A stretch of DNA of 64,000 nucleotides from Camelus dromedarius (GCF_036321535.1 NC_087437.1:34102001-34166000); one strand, 5' to 3'; positions 24,565 through 36,365 are shown, counted from the stretch's first letter. Notes: generated by a model from the letters alone, not told the origin. Made by a program: numbers and translations.

Positions 24565-25640
24565 TTTATTTCTCTCTGCTATGGGGATATTTTTCCATAT
24601 AAAAACAGGCTCAAGCATTTTAGTTTCTCTGGCAGTAGGAAAAAATGAAGACTGTTTTCTTTATATATATATATAAAGGAACCCCTTTCTATGTGTGTAG
24701 GCATAGATGTCTCCCTCTGAGGAGAGGAACACAGGCTTCCTGGCCAAGTCAAACAGGCTGGTTCAGTGCAGAGGACTTTTATAGTCTGGAGATCTGGGCC
24801 ACTTTGTCTTCTCCGTAAAAGTAAAGCACAGAACACACGGGCTACTGCCGGGTTCAAACGAGGTGATAGGCATGCCGGTGCCCTGAGAGGGGCTGTAAAA
24901 TCCGAGGCATGCCGCTACCACAGGGGTGGGGATTCCCGCTAAGCGCATGGTAACTGTGGTCAGGAGGCTGAGGGGAAGAGTCTTAGGAAGCCCCTGAAGA
25001 CCTTGCCCATCTAGTCAAAGCCGCAGAGAGGTCCCCACCCCGACCCCGGCAGGAGGTGAGAGAGACTCAACCTGTCTTTTTCTGCTTCTTGTGGTCCTGG
25101 AAACTGACTCTCTCCTGACCACCCTCTGTGGAGAGAAAGTAAAATAAAATAGATGGCAATTTAAAAAAGCAATGTATAATCTTTCTTCTGAGCCTGGCCG
25201 CCTTAATGCTGATCCTTTCCTGGGACAACTACTTCATACCTGAACATCTGGCTGGTCTTTCAGCTCTGAAGCAGTCCACCTTGGGAAGGAAAGGGAAGGG
25301 TAAAGTTTTATACCGCTGCATATATTGCTCCTAAAAAAAGTATTGATACATAAGGTATATATTGTATATGATATAGATATAGACGTATAAAATCTGAATT
25401 TGGGATTGGTGCCAAGCCAGTCCTTTCACTGGAATCATGGACACTTGTCCTTCTACAGTGCCTTTGATTTCTCTCTGTTGATGGGCCAACTGAAGCATCT
25501 TCTGCAGCAATAGAGCATCTTAGGCCAAGACTAGCTTTCTTGGTGTTTCCCTGTGGACAAAACTTACCGCGAGTGATGAACTCTCTCTAGATGGTATGTC
25601 TGTACCTCATGTCTGTTCCCTGTATGTCCCCGGGGACATG
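24565..25640 (-). other. Candidate spliced transcript of unknown type (exon ending 25568; 40-nt exon 25279-25240; terminal exon from 25125 to AATAAA at 24570-24565)
   Basis: Minus strand: GCG|GTAAGT donor; CCCTTCCCTTTCCTTCCCAAG|G acceptor; CAG|GTATGA donor; TATTTTATTTTACTTTCTCTCCACAG|A acceptor. No recognisable protein. Confidence 0.35.
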
Positions 25641-25779
25641 TTCTTCAATCCCACCTTCACTCATTCGGCAAGTATGTATTGATCTTCAATGAGTCAGATT
25701 TGCCTAAAAATGCCTTTTTAAAAGTAAGTTTTTAAAGCAATAACCCTTTGCTGGCTCCTCTCCTACAGAACCAACCTAC

Positions 25780-26060
25780 ATATCACTTCCTTGGGACCAC
25801 CTGACTTGTGAAGAATTGCTCATTGCATTTCTTACACTCTGTTTCACCTACTCACTGCTTGCCTCTCTCAGAACTATGAGTACCTTCAGGGCAGGACCCA
25901 GTCTTGATCATTTTTTGTTCCAAGCTCCAAATGCTGGCACATAGTATATGGTCAATAAATGTTTGTTCATTTGAATCCTATGTGACAGATCTGGGGTCAG
26001 ACATGGGGATAAAAAGATGATTAAGACAATGACCTTACCTCAAGGAGCTCACAGCCATCC
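25780..26060. mobile_element. L2 3'-end fragments
   Basis: AGGGCAGGACCCAGTCTTG...TGGCACATAGTATATGGTCAATAAATGTTTGTT. Confidence 0.6.
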
Positions 26061-28309
26061 CCTCCGAGTTAACATGACATAAGCCTGGAAAGTATTCATC
26101 CCCTTTCTTCTTCTCCTTGTTCTTTCTAGCCCTGAGTGAAGCATTAAGCAAAATAAGCATCCGCTTAATTGCCCAAGGGAAAGGGGCATCTTGGAGTTTT
26201 CCCCTGGCTCCTGCCCTTAACTCTTACCCTGCCATTCTCGACCCAAATGGAATTTTTTGTTATTGTCATTATCTGCTTATATTCGGCTTTAATTAACATC
26301 ACTGGAAATAATTTTCTTTGACACAGTAAGTGACTAAATTTTAAGTCTGATTTGAAGGTGTCGTCAGATATCTCATTTGTTTCCATCTCGTGATGTGAGG
26401 GTTTCACTTCCAGCCAGCGTAAACACAAGGGCTGAGTCTGACTAGTGCTTAACTCATTAGCTAATCTGTGTAAGAGATCCTTTACTTGAAAGGATGGAAC
26501 GAGCCAAGGAGGTACCATTGTTGGTCTGTGTTTAGGGCAGCAATTGGCCTTCATCTAGCCCTGGTCCTGCCATTACTTGTTAGCAACTCTGGTGAAAGGC
26601 TTGTTGAGGGAACACGAAACACCTGGATAAAAAGAGGCAGCTCGGTCATCAGGTACGACCTGGCCTCAGTCTAACTGCTCAGTCTTTTTTCTCACATGTG
26701 CCCACCCTGTGCTCCATTTCACTTCCACTGGAACACTCAGTTTCTCCCTGAAGCACTCCCCTCCACGGTATGGACATCCCCCCTGTCCTGTTCGCTCTTC
26801 TGGAGTTTACCCCTAGGAGGATTCAGCTTCAGTTCAGCCTCCTCCACAGAACCTGTTTGGAAAATGTCTAGAATTCATAACACATGGTGACTAGTAATAG
26901 GTTTGGAGCACCATTACCCAATGGCCCATGAGTTCTTGTGGGTATTTTTGAATGTTAACATATAAACGGATTTTAACTCTCAGTTAGATGGCAAGTACCT
27001 AGAGGTCTGAGTCTGTGGGGGGTTTTTTTGTTTGTTTGTTTGTTTGTTTTTTGTTTTTTTGGTACAGGGTAATGTGAACCGTAGGTGCACAATAAATGTT
27101 TTGGATTAAATGCTCTCCAGATTTCAGTTGTTCACAGGACCTCATCTCACCCCATCTTCCCCCTTCCTAAATCACAGATCATTATTGTCACTCTTTAATC
27201 CAATTTCAGGCAGACTTGAGTCTTCTCTGTGTCTCTCCCTGAAGGGGTGAGGCTCAAGCATGGAGGACGTCCCCGTGAAAATTTGAACAGTTATGGGAAG
27301 TTTGAACCTGGCACCCTCACTTACGTGTCCCCCTGAAGAGCCGTGGAGAGTCTCACTTCCTTGTTGTAGTAAAGTTCTCTCCTGTGTTTTAACAAGGAAG
27401 GAGGTAACCTGGGGAGGAACTGAGCAGGATCTAAACAAGGATGTCCCAATAGGTCAAGAACTTACCCTCAGAACTGCCTCTTGGAGCCAGGGGCAGGGAC
27501 TGCTGACCTGAGCAAGGTGGCGGGGCACCGAGTGTGGAGTCGAGTGGGATGGCAACACCAGCGAACCTCACCTGCCACCAGGCATCTGCCAGGAGCCGGG
27601 CCTCTGCGAAGAACATTACAGTCACGTATCCTTTAATCCTCACACCGCGCCCGTGAAAGCAGGACATTGACTGCCCCCACTGAACAGGTGAACAAGCTGC
27701 AGCGCAGACTGTCTAACGGCACGCCTGACTTCCAGCACCAGCCCAGCCACTGCACCGCACTGAATGGGTTTTTCTAGCAACTCCTCAGGGTCAAGACCAA
27801 GAAACAGAAGTGTGTCAACGAGGAGCCGAATGTTCTTAATGAGCATGAACTGATTCTCAAGTTGATGTTTCTAAAATGGCTCCAAATACAACTCGAAGTG
27901 ATTTCCAAGTGTTTAGGCTTGTTGGGTCAAGAAAGCTCTGAGGATTATAGAATAAAGTCCTTATATGATGCAGCAAGGCCAACTGCCCACTCTGGTCCAT
28001 CTTGAAAGCTCCACCAAGCACAGGCAGAAGAATAAACTCACCCCACTGTGCAGGGCAGAATGGTGCCCCAGGGGAGCCTTCCTGACCTGCCAGTGGTCTC
28101 ACTTTGACCTCTAATTGCCTTCATTGTAGACCTGATGGGCAGGGCCAGAGATAGGACGACATCAAGACAGTTGATTTCAAGTCAGGCAGTTGCTGGGAGG
28201 GGATGATTGACAATTCAAGGCTTTTGGTTCAGTTTTCTAGAGCTGAGCTTTTAAAACTCATTAGTTATCTGTTAAATTTTTTTAGTGGGTAGTTACCAGC
28301 AGGGTGGGG

Positions 28310-28392
28310 CGAGGGGGAGAGAAAAGAAAGAAAGAAAGAAAGAGAGAGGGAGAGAGAAAGGAAGGGGAAAAGAATAAGAGAGAAAAGAGAGG
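28310..28392. repeat. GA-rich low-complexity purine tract
   Basis: Directly visible (GAAA/GAGA units). Confidence 0.85.
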
Positions 28393-28592
28393 GCATTCCA
28401 CACAGTATTTGTTTTGTGAAACAATTTTCAGTTGGAAATCATGTTTTAATATACAGATTTACTGGAACATGATGTAAAATTCATATTCTAAAAACACTTG
28501 AGAAACGCGGGCTGTGATCCTTGGAATAAGAAATTTCTTCAAAATAGGGACTATTGAATTTCCACAATGATTAGGCTAAATGGAAATCCTTC

Positions 28593-29212
28593 TGAGAATG
28601 GAAGGAAAGGGGCAAGACACAGCCATCAGTTAGGACAAAGATGGCAGAAAAGTCATCCCCCAAGAGACCTGGAGGCCCAAGATGGCGGGCGAGTGGACCT
28701 CCAGTGCACCTTGGGCTTCACAGTACATAGTGTAATGTACTAGCTCCGTGAATGGCACACCCATAGGCACCAGGACAGCTCTGAAGCTAACCATGAAAGG
28801 TCAGAGAGTGGTAGCCCATTTCCTAGGAATCCCTGCCCCTTCTCCAAAGTAGTTGGAATAATCCTCTCACTTGTTAGCATATTAAAAACTAGCAACACTG
28901 CACCTCTCAGTCTCAAGCTCTCTCTCTCCATCTGAGGCAGCCTGCACTCTGTCGATGGAATGTGTATCTACTTCTATTTTAACCCTCTCGCCTCCACAAA
29001 CCTCTTACCTCTCTGGTCTTCTGAGATGGCCCACTCTCCATCTATAGAGTGTGCATCTCTCTAAATAAATCTACTTTTACTCAATTATGGCCCACTCTTG
29101 AATTCTTTCCTGCATGAAGCCAAGGACCCTCACTTGTCAGGGCACATCCCAGGACTCAGCCGAGACCTGGGACATGGCCATTCTCTCATGCCTCCCATTT
29201 TTTCCTGAATCC
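28593..29212 (+). mobile_element. Solo ERV LTR, copy B (class I-like)
   Basis: Homologous to 19296-19876. 4-bp TSD CTTC (28589-28592 / 29213-29216), AAGATGGCGG YY1-type motif near 28679, AATAAA 29064-29069. Confidence 0.85.
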
Positions 29213-31591
29213 CTTCCAAAGCTTTCCTTCCTACCAACCTAGCTTAGCTCACTGGAGAAGTCTGAGAACCTTTCAGGTTTGTTTCCTGTGTCCCCAAGAT
29301 TCCTTCTTCCTCGGAGACAGAGAAGACACAGGTGTGACCATTTCCTGAACCCTTTTCCTAACCACCTAAGAAGGCTTCAGCCTGTCTTGAGTTTCCCATC
29401 ATGTCTTGGGTTGCGCACTGAGCTACAGACGCAGACACTACGGAGCCCAGGTGGAGTGAGTGACCCCCTTTTGCTCCCCCCGCAGCCTGAGCACATGGAG
29501 TGGCCACAGTCCCTTCACTCGTCTCTCCCCAAAGTGGGAACACCTTGTGCTTGGAACTACTTACTGTCACTGAGTCCCCACAGCTCAGTGCCCTGTTTGC
29601 AGATCTAAACGTTTGGTGAATTGAAAACAAGTGAATCTGCCGTCAGTGAAGATCAGCTGGGTGAAGTACATTTAGCTTTGTTAAGGCTCTTCATTTACCA
29701 AAAGGTTAATGAAACTTGCTGGGGTAGTCAATGTCTGGCTTTGAACCCAATTAAAATTCATCTTCCTCTGATTAACGGGGTTAAAGGAAGGTGCCCAAAT
29801 GACAGGAAACGATCTAGGAGATGCGTGTTCCCATCTCACAAATGGTGGCCTCAGCAAGTGTTGTCAGGAGGCGGGTTCTCTGCCAGAGAAGGGCAAATAC
29901 ATAATGCCTGGGAGAGGAAGGAGGATTCTGCGTCTGGGTTAGAGATCGGAGAACCGAGGAGGGAAGGGCAAAGGTGGGCTCGGCCTCTCAGAGAGCGCTC
30001 TCGTGGGGTCAGGAACTCACTCTAAGGCTGGAGAAGGTGCTGGGGTGCCACACTGGAAACCAGTGAAGGCTAGTAAGGAGAGACACTTCTGGGTGCCACC
30101 CACACATGATGCCTCTCATTGGCCCCCCAACTTTGCCCCAGGGAAGTTGAGTGCCAATCCTTGAGAGAAAGAGCTATTTAAAATCAGACCTTCGAGCACT
30201 CTTTCTGTGCTAATTCAAAAGGGGAAGTGACCTGGCCCCACCTCAGTCCACACAGGGTGAAGTCCCAACAGTATGGAGGAGACCATGGCTGCATACAGAC
30301 CCCCAGCATGAAGTGTGGAGCCCACTCCCACAGCAGCAATACTCCGGAAGGCCTCACGCACAGAGAGCGGCGGCATCACTCAGAGAGCTGGGAAAAGAGA
30401 ATCCTGGGTGTTTTGTTGGGTAGATATTCCAAGCTGAAGTTAGCTTCCATTCCATTACCGTTATTAGACAATTCTTCTTTTGACTTCTCTCAGCTGATGA
30501 GGCTTGGCAGAAAAATAGGGCTCCCCAGTATTGTGGAAAATCCTTCAGCATCAATCAGCCTTTTTCCAGAGAATTCAGATATCTGCCAGACCAACCCTGG
30601 GGAGGTCATTCATGTCCAGGAAATGTGCCTGTGAGTCAGGCTCTGCGAGCCTAATTTCAGTATTAAAGAAGGTTCCTCATAGGAGAGGAACTATAGATCT
30701 GGACTCTGTCTCTCTCAGCCTATTCTAAATTTAGGATACGGGGTTCCATGGTGCAAAGCACACTTCTCTATGAAGCCACAGAAATCCCTTCTGAAATTAC
30801 AGCCGGGCAATACTCTTTTGTTTCTATTCCGTTATCACATCAGTTCACTTGACCATGTACACCAAAACATCTAGGAAAATTTCAAGCTTTGTACAACTGT
30901 TGAAGAGACTTATACAGAGCAATGCTGTCATTGACTCATGGTTTCCAATAAGAGGGGGGAAAAGAACAGACTCCTTATTTCTTAAGAAAAATCTATCCAT
31001 TGAAAGGTCATCTACTTGTTTTGTTAAAGATCTTGGATGCTCACAAGATCTACAAGCTCTTGGGGAGATGAAGACAGTGTGTCTTCATGTGAAAAGAGAG
31101 AGAAAACATTAGGGGGGTCTCATGTTTTTAAGATTTTAATTTCTATGTTGCATGTTAGAATGGGAAAGTACCAAAAATGGCTGTAGCAATAATAGTGTTG
31201 TTTATTCGGTATTCACCATGTGCCTTGCTTGCCATGTGCTCTATGTGCAGCATCATACTTAATCCTCAAAACGACCCTATGAGCAGAGCTGACGTTCAGC
31301 CGATGTGCAACAGCAGGTTTTCAAGTTACTGGTTGGTAAAATACTCACTGCCCTGAAACCACTTAGTGACAGCCCCCACCCTCCCCGTGCACACGGCGTT
31401 CTACCCACCCTTTCTTCTCCCCTGGGCACTTCCAGGACCATTCTGTAGACTGAAGTGTTGATGCCGGTGACTGCTGTGATTGGTCAGTGTCCAGGCTCTA
31501 TAGGTGATTAAATATTTCCAGCGTCTCCTCTGCCTTATAAGACAGATATGGTTATCCTCATTTGCAGATGAAGAACAGGAAGCTTTAGACA

Positions 31592-32123
31592 GCATGGCAG
31601 GGTCTTTTCCAAAATTAGCTACAATGATATTTCCAAGCACGTGTACTCTTCAAGAATCTTGTCACTTCCCCACCAAGAGTCGGCATCTCTCTCTTCGCTC
31701 CCCTAAAACCTGGGCGGGCCTGTGCCGTTGTCTCCATGAATAGAACGTGGGAGAAGCAATGCTGTGTGACTTCTAAGGCGAGGTCAGCAAAGGCAACCCA
31801 ATTTCCACTTGGCCCTCTTGGGACACTCACTGTTGGAAGCCCAGGCCCCAGGAAGAGGCTGGTGTAGGCGCTCTGGTTGGCAGTCGCAGTTGAGGTCCCA
31901 CTGGCAGCAGCACCAATGGCTAGATGCGTGTGTGACTGAGCCTTCAGACGATTTCACCCCCAGCTCTAGAGTTGCCCCCTCAGCCTGTGAGTTTCCCGCT
32001 AAGGCCCCAGACCTCAGGAAACAGACAAATCTACCCTGCTGTGCCCCGTCACATTTCTGATCTAAAATTTATAAGTATGCAAAATCGGAGGAGTTTGTCC
32101 CATGGCACCACATGACCATAACA
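31592..32123 (+). mobile_element. MaLR LTR (MLT1F/G-like)
   Basis: CCAAAATTAGCTACAA...GTGACTTCTAAGGCGAGGTCA...TTCCCGCTAAGGCCCCAGAC. Confidence 0.65.
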
Positions 32124-32219
32124 GAGAGGTTAAACAATCTGCCCGAAGTCATACAGCCAGTAAGTGGTGAAGGCAGGATTTCAACCTCAAATCACCTGAT
32201 TTTGAGAGCTAGTGTTCTT

Positions 32220-32798
32220 TTGCTTTGTTTTGTTTTGGTAGGAGGAGGTAATCAGGTTTATTTATTTACTTATTTATTACTATTTTATGAAATTTTTGTT
32301 GAAGTGTAGTTGATTAACAATGTTAGTTTCAGTGTACAGCAAAGTGATTCAGTCATACGTATGTGTACAAATGTATTTTTTCTTTTCAGATTCTTTTCCA
32401 TTATAGGTTATTACAAGAAATTGTATATAGTTCCCTATGCTACACAGTAGGTCCTTGTTGTTTATCTACTTTATATTTAGCAATGTGTATCTGTTAATCC
32501 TCAATCCCTAATTTATCCATCCCTGCCCTTTCCCCTTTCAAAACCATAGTTTGTTTTCTATGTCTGTGAGTCTGTTTTTAGTTTGTAAATAAAATTTGTA
32601 TCAATTTTTTTTAGATTCCACATATAAGTGATATCATATGACATTTGTCTTTTTCTGCCTGGCTTGCTTACTTTCTTATTTCTTACTTTATTATTATTAT
32701 TATTATTATTATATTACTTTGAATGGAGGTACTGGGGATTGAACCCAGGACCTTATGCATGCTAAGCATGCACTCTACACTGAGTTCTACCCTCTCCC
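32220..32798 (-). mobile_element. vic-1-like SINE split by an L1 fragment (tail 32220-32282, head about 32670-32798)
   Basis: GGTAATCAGGTTTATTTAT tail and TGGAGGTACTGGGGATTGAACCCAGGACC head. TSD AGCTAGTGTTCTT (32207) / AGCTAATGTTCTT (32804). Confidence 0.88.
32283..32665 (-). mobile_element. L1 3' fragment inserted inside the SINE
   Basis: TTGAAGTGTAGTTGATT...GTACAGCAAAGTGATTCAGT...AGATTCCACATATAAGTGATATCAT. Confidence 0.9.
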
Positions 32799-32849
32799 AA
32801 AAAAGCTAATGTTCTTAACCACCAGTTGACACTGCTCCTGTGGCCACAC

Positions 32850-33297
32850 CACCAAGAGGCAACATGGTAGGGTGAAGATGCCAGCTGGACAAACTTTCAG
32901 CTGATGGATGGAGCTGAAGGATGGTCCAGGGCTGCCATCTCCCTTCGTGGTGGTAACCCAGGCTCTGCTGTGTGTGGTTCTCATTTCCAACATCATCTCC
33001 CGGTCCCAGATTCCTGCTCCAATTCTAGCCATCACATCTGCATTCCAGTCACCGGGAAGAAAGAAAGAAGAGAGGAGCAGGCATCTCTCCTTTCAAGAAA
33101 ACTTCCTAGAAGATGCAGACTCGAATTTCTTTTTAACCTAACACCACGCGTCCAGAACTTGGGCATACGGTGCACCTAGTTGCAAGTGATGTTGGGTGAC
33201 CTTGTGTTCAGCTAAAAACTGGAGGCATATTGCTATAGATGCTGGAGTATCAAAGGAAAGATCTGATTTTGGGACAACTGGCAATCTCTGCAGACAG
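32850..33297 (-). mobile_element. MaLR LTR (MLT1J/K-like)
   Basis: CTAGCCATCACATCTGCATTCCAG...CAGAACTTGG...CCTAGTTGCAAG...GGCAATCTCTGC. Confidence 0.6.
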
Positions 33298-33670
33298 GGG
33301 AGTGCATAGGAAATTAGTGATTTCCAATCTGCAGCCACATTAACCCCTGTCTTCCTTTACTTTCCCCAATAGTTTGGTTAAAAAAAATTATTTCTCATCT
33401 ATTATTAAATATTTTCTAGAGGACTTAAACTGATTTTGCTGTAAGAATTTTGAATACCTTGAGACAACAGGAATCCCCTGGCTGTATTTGTCCTGAAGAT
33501 AATCTAGGCTCAATCTATTATGGCCCATCTTGCTCCAAAAGAGTGGAAATGCTGGGTAGTCCAAGAACCTAAAATATAGTGTCAATTTCATGCATCACAT
33601 CAGAGAAAGCCACACACCATTGGCTGGTGGTACTGGCCTGGTTAAGAAATAAAGGTTACAATGAACTTTG

Positions 33671-33673
<3 letters not shown>

Positions 33674-33715
<42 letters not shown>

Positions 33716-33776
33716 AAAAAAAAAACAAAACAGAATAACAAAAAAAGAAAAAAACAGCAAAAAAAAAAAAACAACC
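33674..33776 (+). mobile_element. Solitary poly(A)/A-rich insertion with 15-bp TSD
   Basis: A39 plus a degenerate A-tract between CAATGAACTTTGCAG (33659-33673) and CAGTGAACTTTGCAG (33777-33791). Confidence 0.8.
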
Positions 33777-34879
33777 CAGTGAACTTTGCAGAGGCCTATT
33801 TCCAGTTTTCAAGGTGAGTTTCCTTCCCTTTTAAGTGTTTATTTAGAGAATATTTCACATGATGCCTGCTCAGATGGCTACTCCACTGAAAGTGATCTCA
33901 CTGGTTACTGCCTAAAATCTGAACGGCTACTCTTTTACATTTCCAACATGGAAAAACTTTTAGGTAGGTGAAGGTGGAAATCATGGAGTCCCTTGGAACA
34001 AACACACTATTTGATCTTCTCATTACACGCCTCTAGGGTCTACATTTTTCAGTGCTTAATGACTCCATCACAAAGAATTATTTAAAGAAGGGACCTGACA
34101 TGCAACCACCAATGGAAGTGAGTTTAAAGGAAAGAAAATCATAGTATCCCCAACTTACAAATCTGTCTTTATAGCATTTTGAGGAAACTTCGCCACCATG
34201 TAACTAAACAAAGCAGAAAATCAAGTATGACTTAGCAGTAGGGAGAAAGGGCGGTCAGTAAAACGTCCTGCTGGCACAAAAAATGCAACATTTGTTTTCT
34301 GAATCAGAGTCTCTCTGATCTTAATTAGAGAGGTCTTCAACTTGTTTCTATAAGAAATGGGACTACAGTAAAATGTTTCCCCCAGGCCTCAGAGGAACTT
34401 AGGAGAGGGTATATAACAAGAATGCCTAACCCGCTGAATCCCTCCCTGAAATCTAGAAGCCTGATCCTGCAATAAAACCGTGTAGGAGCTCTTGGCTTGC
34501 ACTTTCTGATGAGAAAGAGGCAAGGGCTTCATTCTGCCCACAGGGAAGAGGATACGTTTTGCTATGGATGCTTCCCTCAAACACACGTAAAGCAGTCCAA
34601 ACATGCAAACAGTGTTAAGTCTGTGTAGCGTGTTGTGATACAAAAATAGATTTCACACACATCACCCTTACCCCTCTATAGGCTTTTTGCAGGGAAAACC
34701 TATTGTCCATTTAATTCTGATAATGGGAAACAAAGGTTCAGAACACTTGTGATTTTCTAGGAGTGGAAAAACCAGCATTCAAGCCAGGTCTTTGATGCCA
34801 AATAGATTATTCTTTGCACTGCACTGCATTTCTCTCTCTCACACTCCTTTCCCAGGAGTCCAGATGTGTAAATAAGTAC

Positions 34880-35416
34880 AATGTAAGTACAACAGTTTTA
34901 AAATATGTCCACAAATTCTTCAAAATTCTGCCTTAAAAAAGTAAAGCCTACTAACTCCTCGTCCTTCCAGCGTGAACTAGACTTAGTGACGATCGTGTGA
35001 CAAACAGGCCATGGCAGTGCAGTGGCCAGGTCATAAAAGACATGGTGGCCTCCTCCCGGCTCTCTCTTGGATCGCTCACTCTGGGGGAAGCCAGCTGCCA
35101 TGCTGTAAGGGCACTCAAGCGGCCCTATGGAGAGAGCTGAGGCCCCCTTCCCACAGCCAGCAAAGAACTGGGGCTCCTGCCAACAGCCCTGTGAGTGAGT
35201 TATCTTGGAAAAAGATCCAATCCCAGACAAGTGTTCAGATGACTGCAGCCTCGTCTAACAACTTGACTACAATCTCATGAGAAATTCTGAGCCAGAACCA
35301 ACCAGTGAAGCTGCTCTGAAATTCCTGACACACAGAAATTGTGAGATGACAAATATTTATCTTTTCAAACCGCTAAGTTTTGGGGATAATTTGCTACACA
35401 GAAATAGATAACTAAC
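34880..35416 (+). mobile_element. MaLR LTR (MLT1F-like)
   Basis: AAAATATGTCCACAAATTC...CTCACTCTGGGGGAAGCCAGCTGCCATG...TTTTGGGGATAATTTGCTACACAGAAATAGATAACTAA. Confidence 0.85.
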
Positions 35417-35944
35417 TTCATTCTGTTCCTTGACTCCCAAAAGTGTATTCTTTTCATTCTACCACACGTTTTTCTATCTTTCTCCACTTTTCCAGGAGTC
35501 CAGACTGCAAGTGCAGACAACCCAGGAAATCCCTCATTCAGTTCCTTGGCTTCCAAAGCCCTACCTTCTGGGCACATTCACCCAGATTCTTGTTATCCTT
35601 TAAGCCATTCTACTCATCTGAGTCAGGACATTCATGTTTAATAATGTTGGTAGTTAATAGTTATAATAATAATCATCCCTTGCAGATACTACATTTGTAT
35701 CTTAATAGGGAATTTCAACATCTTAACTTAAAGGGCAGTCCTAATATAAGGTAGAGCGGGAGGGGGATTTCTGGCCCTTGAAGATCCCTGAAACTGCCTT
35801 TAGAGTGTTCCCTGGTCTTTCTCTCTAAGTGGGTACCTTACAGACTATGCTCACTATGTGATTACCCAAGATATCCAGAGACCAAAACCCTGAATTTGAA
35901 AACGGTCCAACAAAGGAAGTAATTGAAAGATGAAAAGTAGAAGG

Positions 35945-36365
35945 TTGAATCTGAAAAGGCGACACACCGTATCATTCCAACTGTATGATATTCTGGAAAA
36001 GGCAATACTATGGAAACAATAAAAAAAAATCAGTAGTTGCCAAAAGTCGAGGGCAGTGAAGGCACTCTGTACAATACTGTGCTGACAGACACTTGTCACT
36101 GCGTATTTGTCCTAACTCATAGACTGTACAACACCAAGAGTGAACCCAAATGTGGACTTTAGGTCCTCATAACGTGTCAGCATATGTTCCGTGATTGTAA
36201 CAAATATCCCGCTCAGTGCGTGATGTTGATAGTGGAGGAAACAAGAGCATGTGTGGGGACAGGGGTATATGGGAAATCTCTGTGCTTTCTACTCAGTTTT
36301 GCTGTGAACCTAAAAATGCTTTTTTAAAAGTCTATGAAGACTTAAAAAATAAAGTCTAAAAAAAC
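35945..36365 (+). mobile_element. L1MC-type 3' UTR
   Basis: AATCTGAAAAGGC...ATTCTGGAAAAGGCAA...GGGTATATGGGAAATCTCTGTGCTTTCTACTCAGTTTTGCTGTGAACCTAAAA. Confidence 0.8.

Larger units (their letters stand above)
31190..32830 (-). mobile_element. MIR broken into pieces (about 31190-31290, 31545-31590, 32121-32219, 32804-32830) by later insertions
   Basis: TTAATCCTCAAAACGACCCTATGAG / CTCATTTGCAGATGAAGAAC / CAGAGAGGTTAAACAATCTGCCCGAAGTCATACAGC in collinear order. Confidence 0.65.

Noticed and set aside
19211..29212. Full-length provirus between the two LTRs
   Set aside because: No primer-binding site after the first LTR, no gag/pol/env-like ORFs, an interior holding L1/L2/SINE copies, and the second LTR has its own TSD
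33579..33782. Poly-lysine ORF, or 3' end of a processed pseudogene
   Set aside because: The lysines come from the poly(A) insertion. The duplication sits immediately on both sides of the A-tract, so the upstream DNA is target site rather than retrocopy body
35728..35803. TTAA|AGGGCAGT...ACTGCCT|TTAG mini inverted repeat resembling a TTAA-targeting MITE
   Set aside because: Only a 7-8 bp imperfect inverted repeat with an imperfect target duplication, compatible with chance
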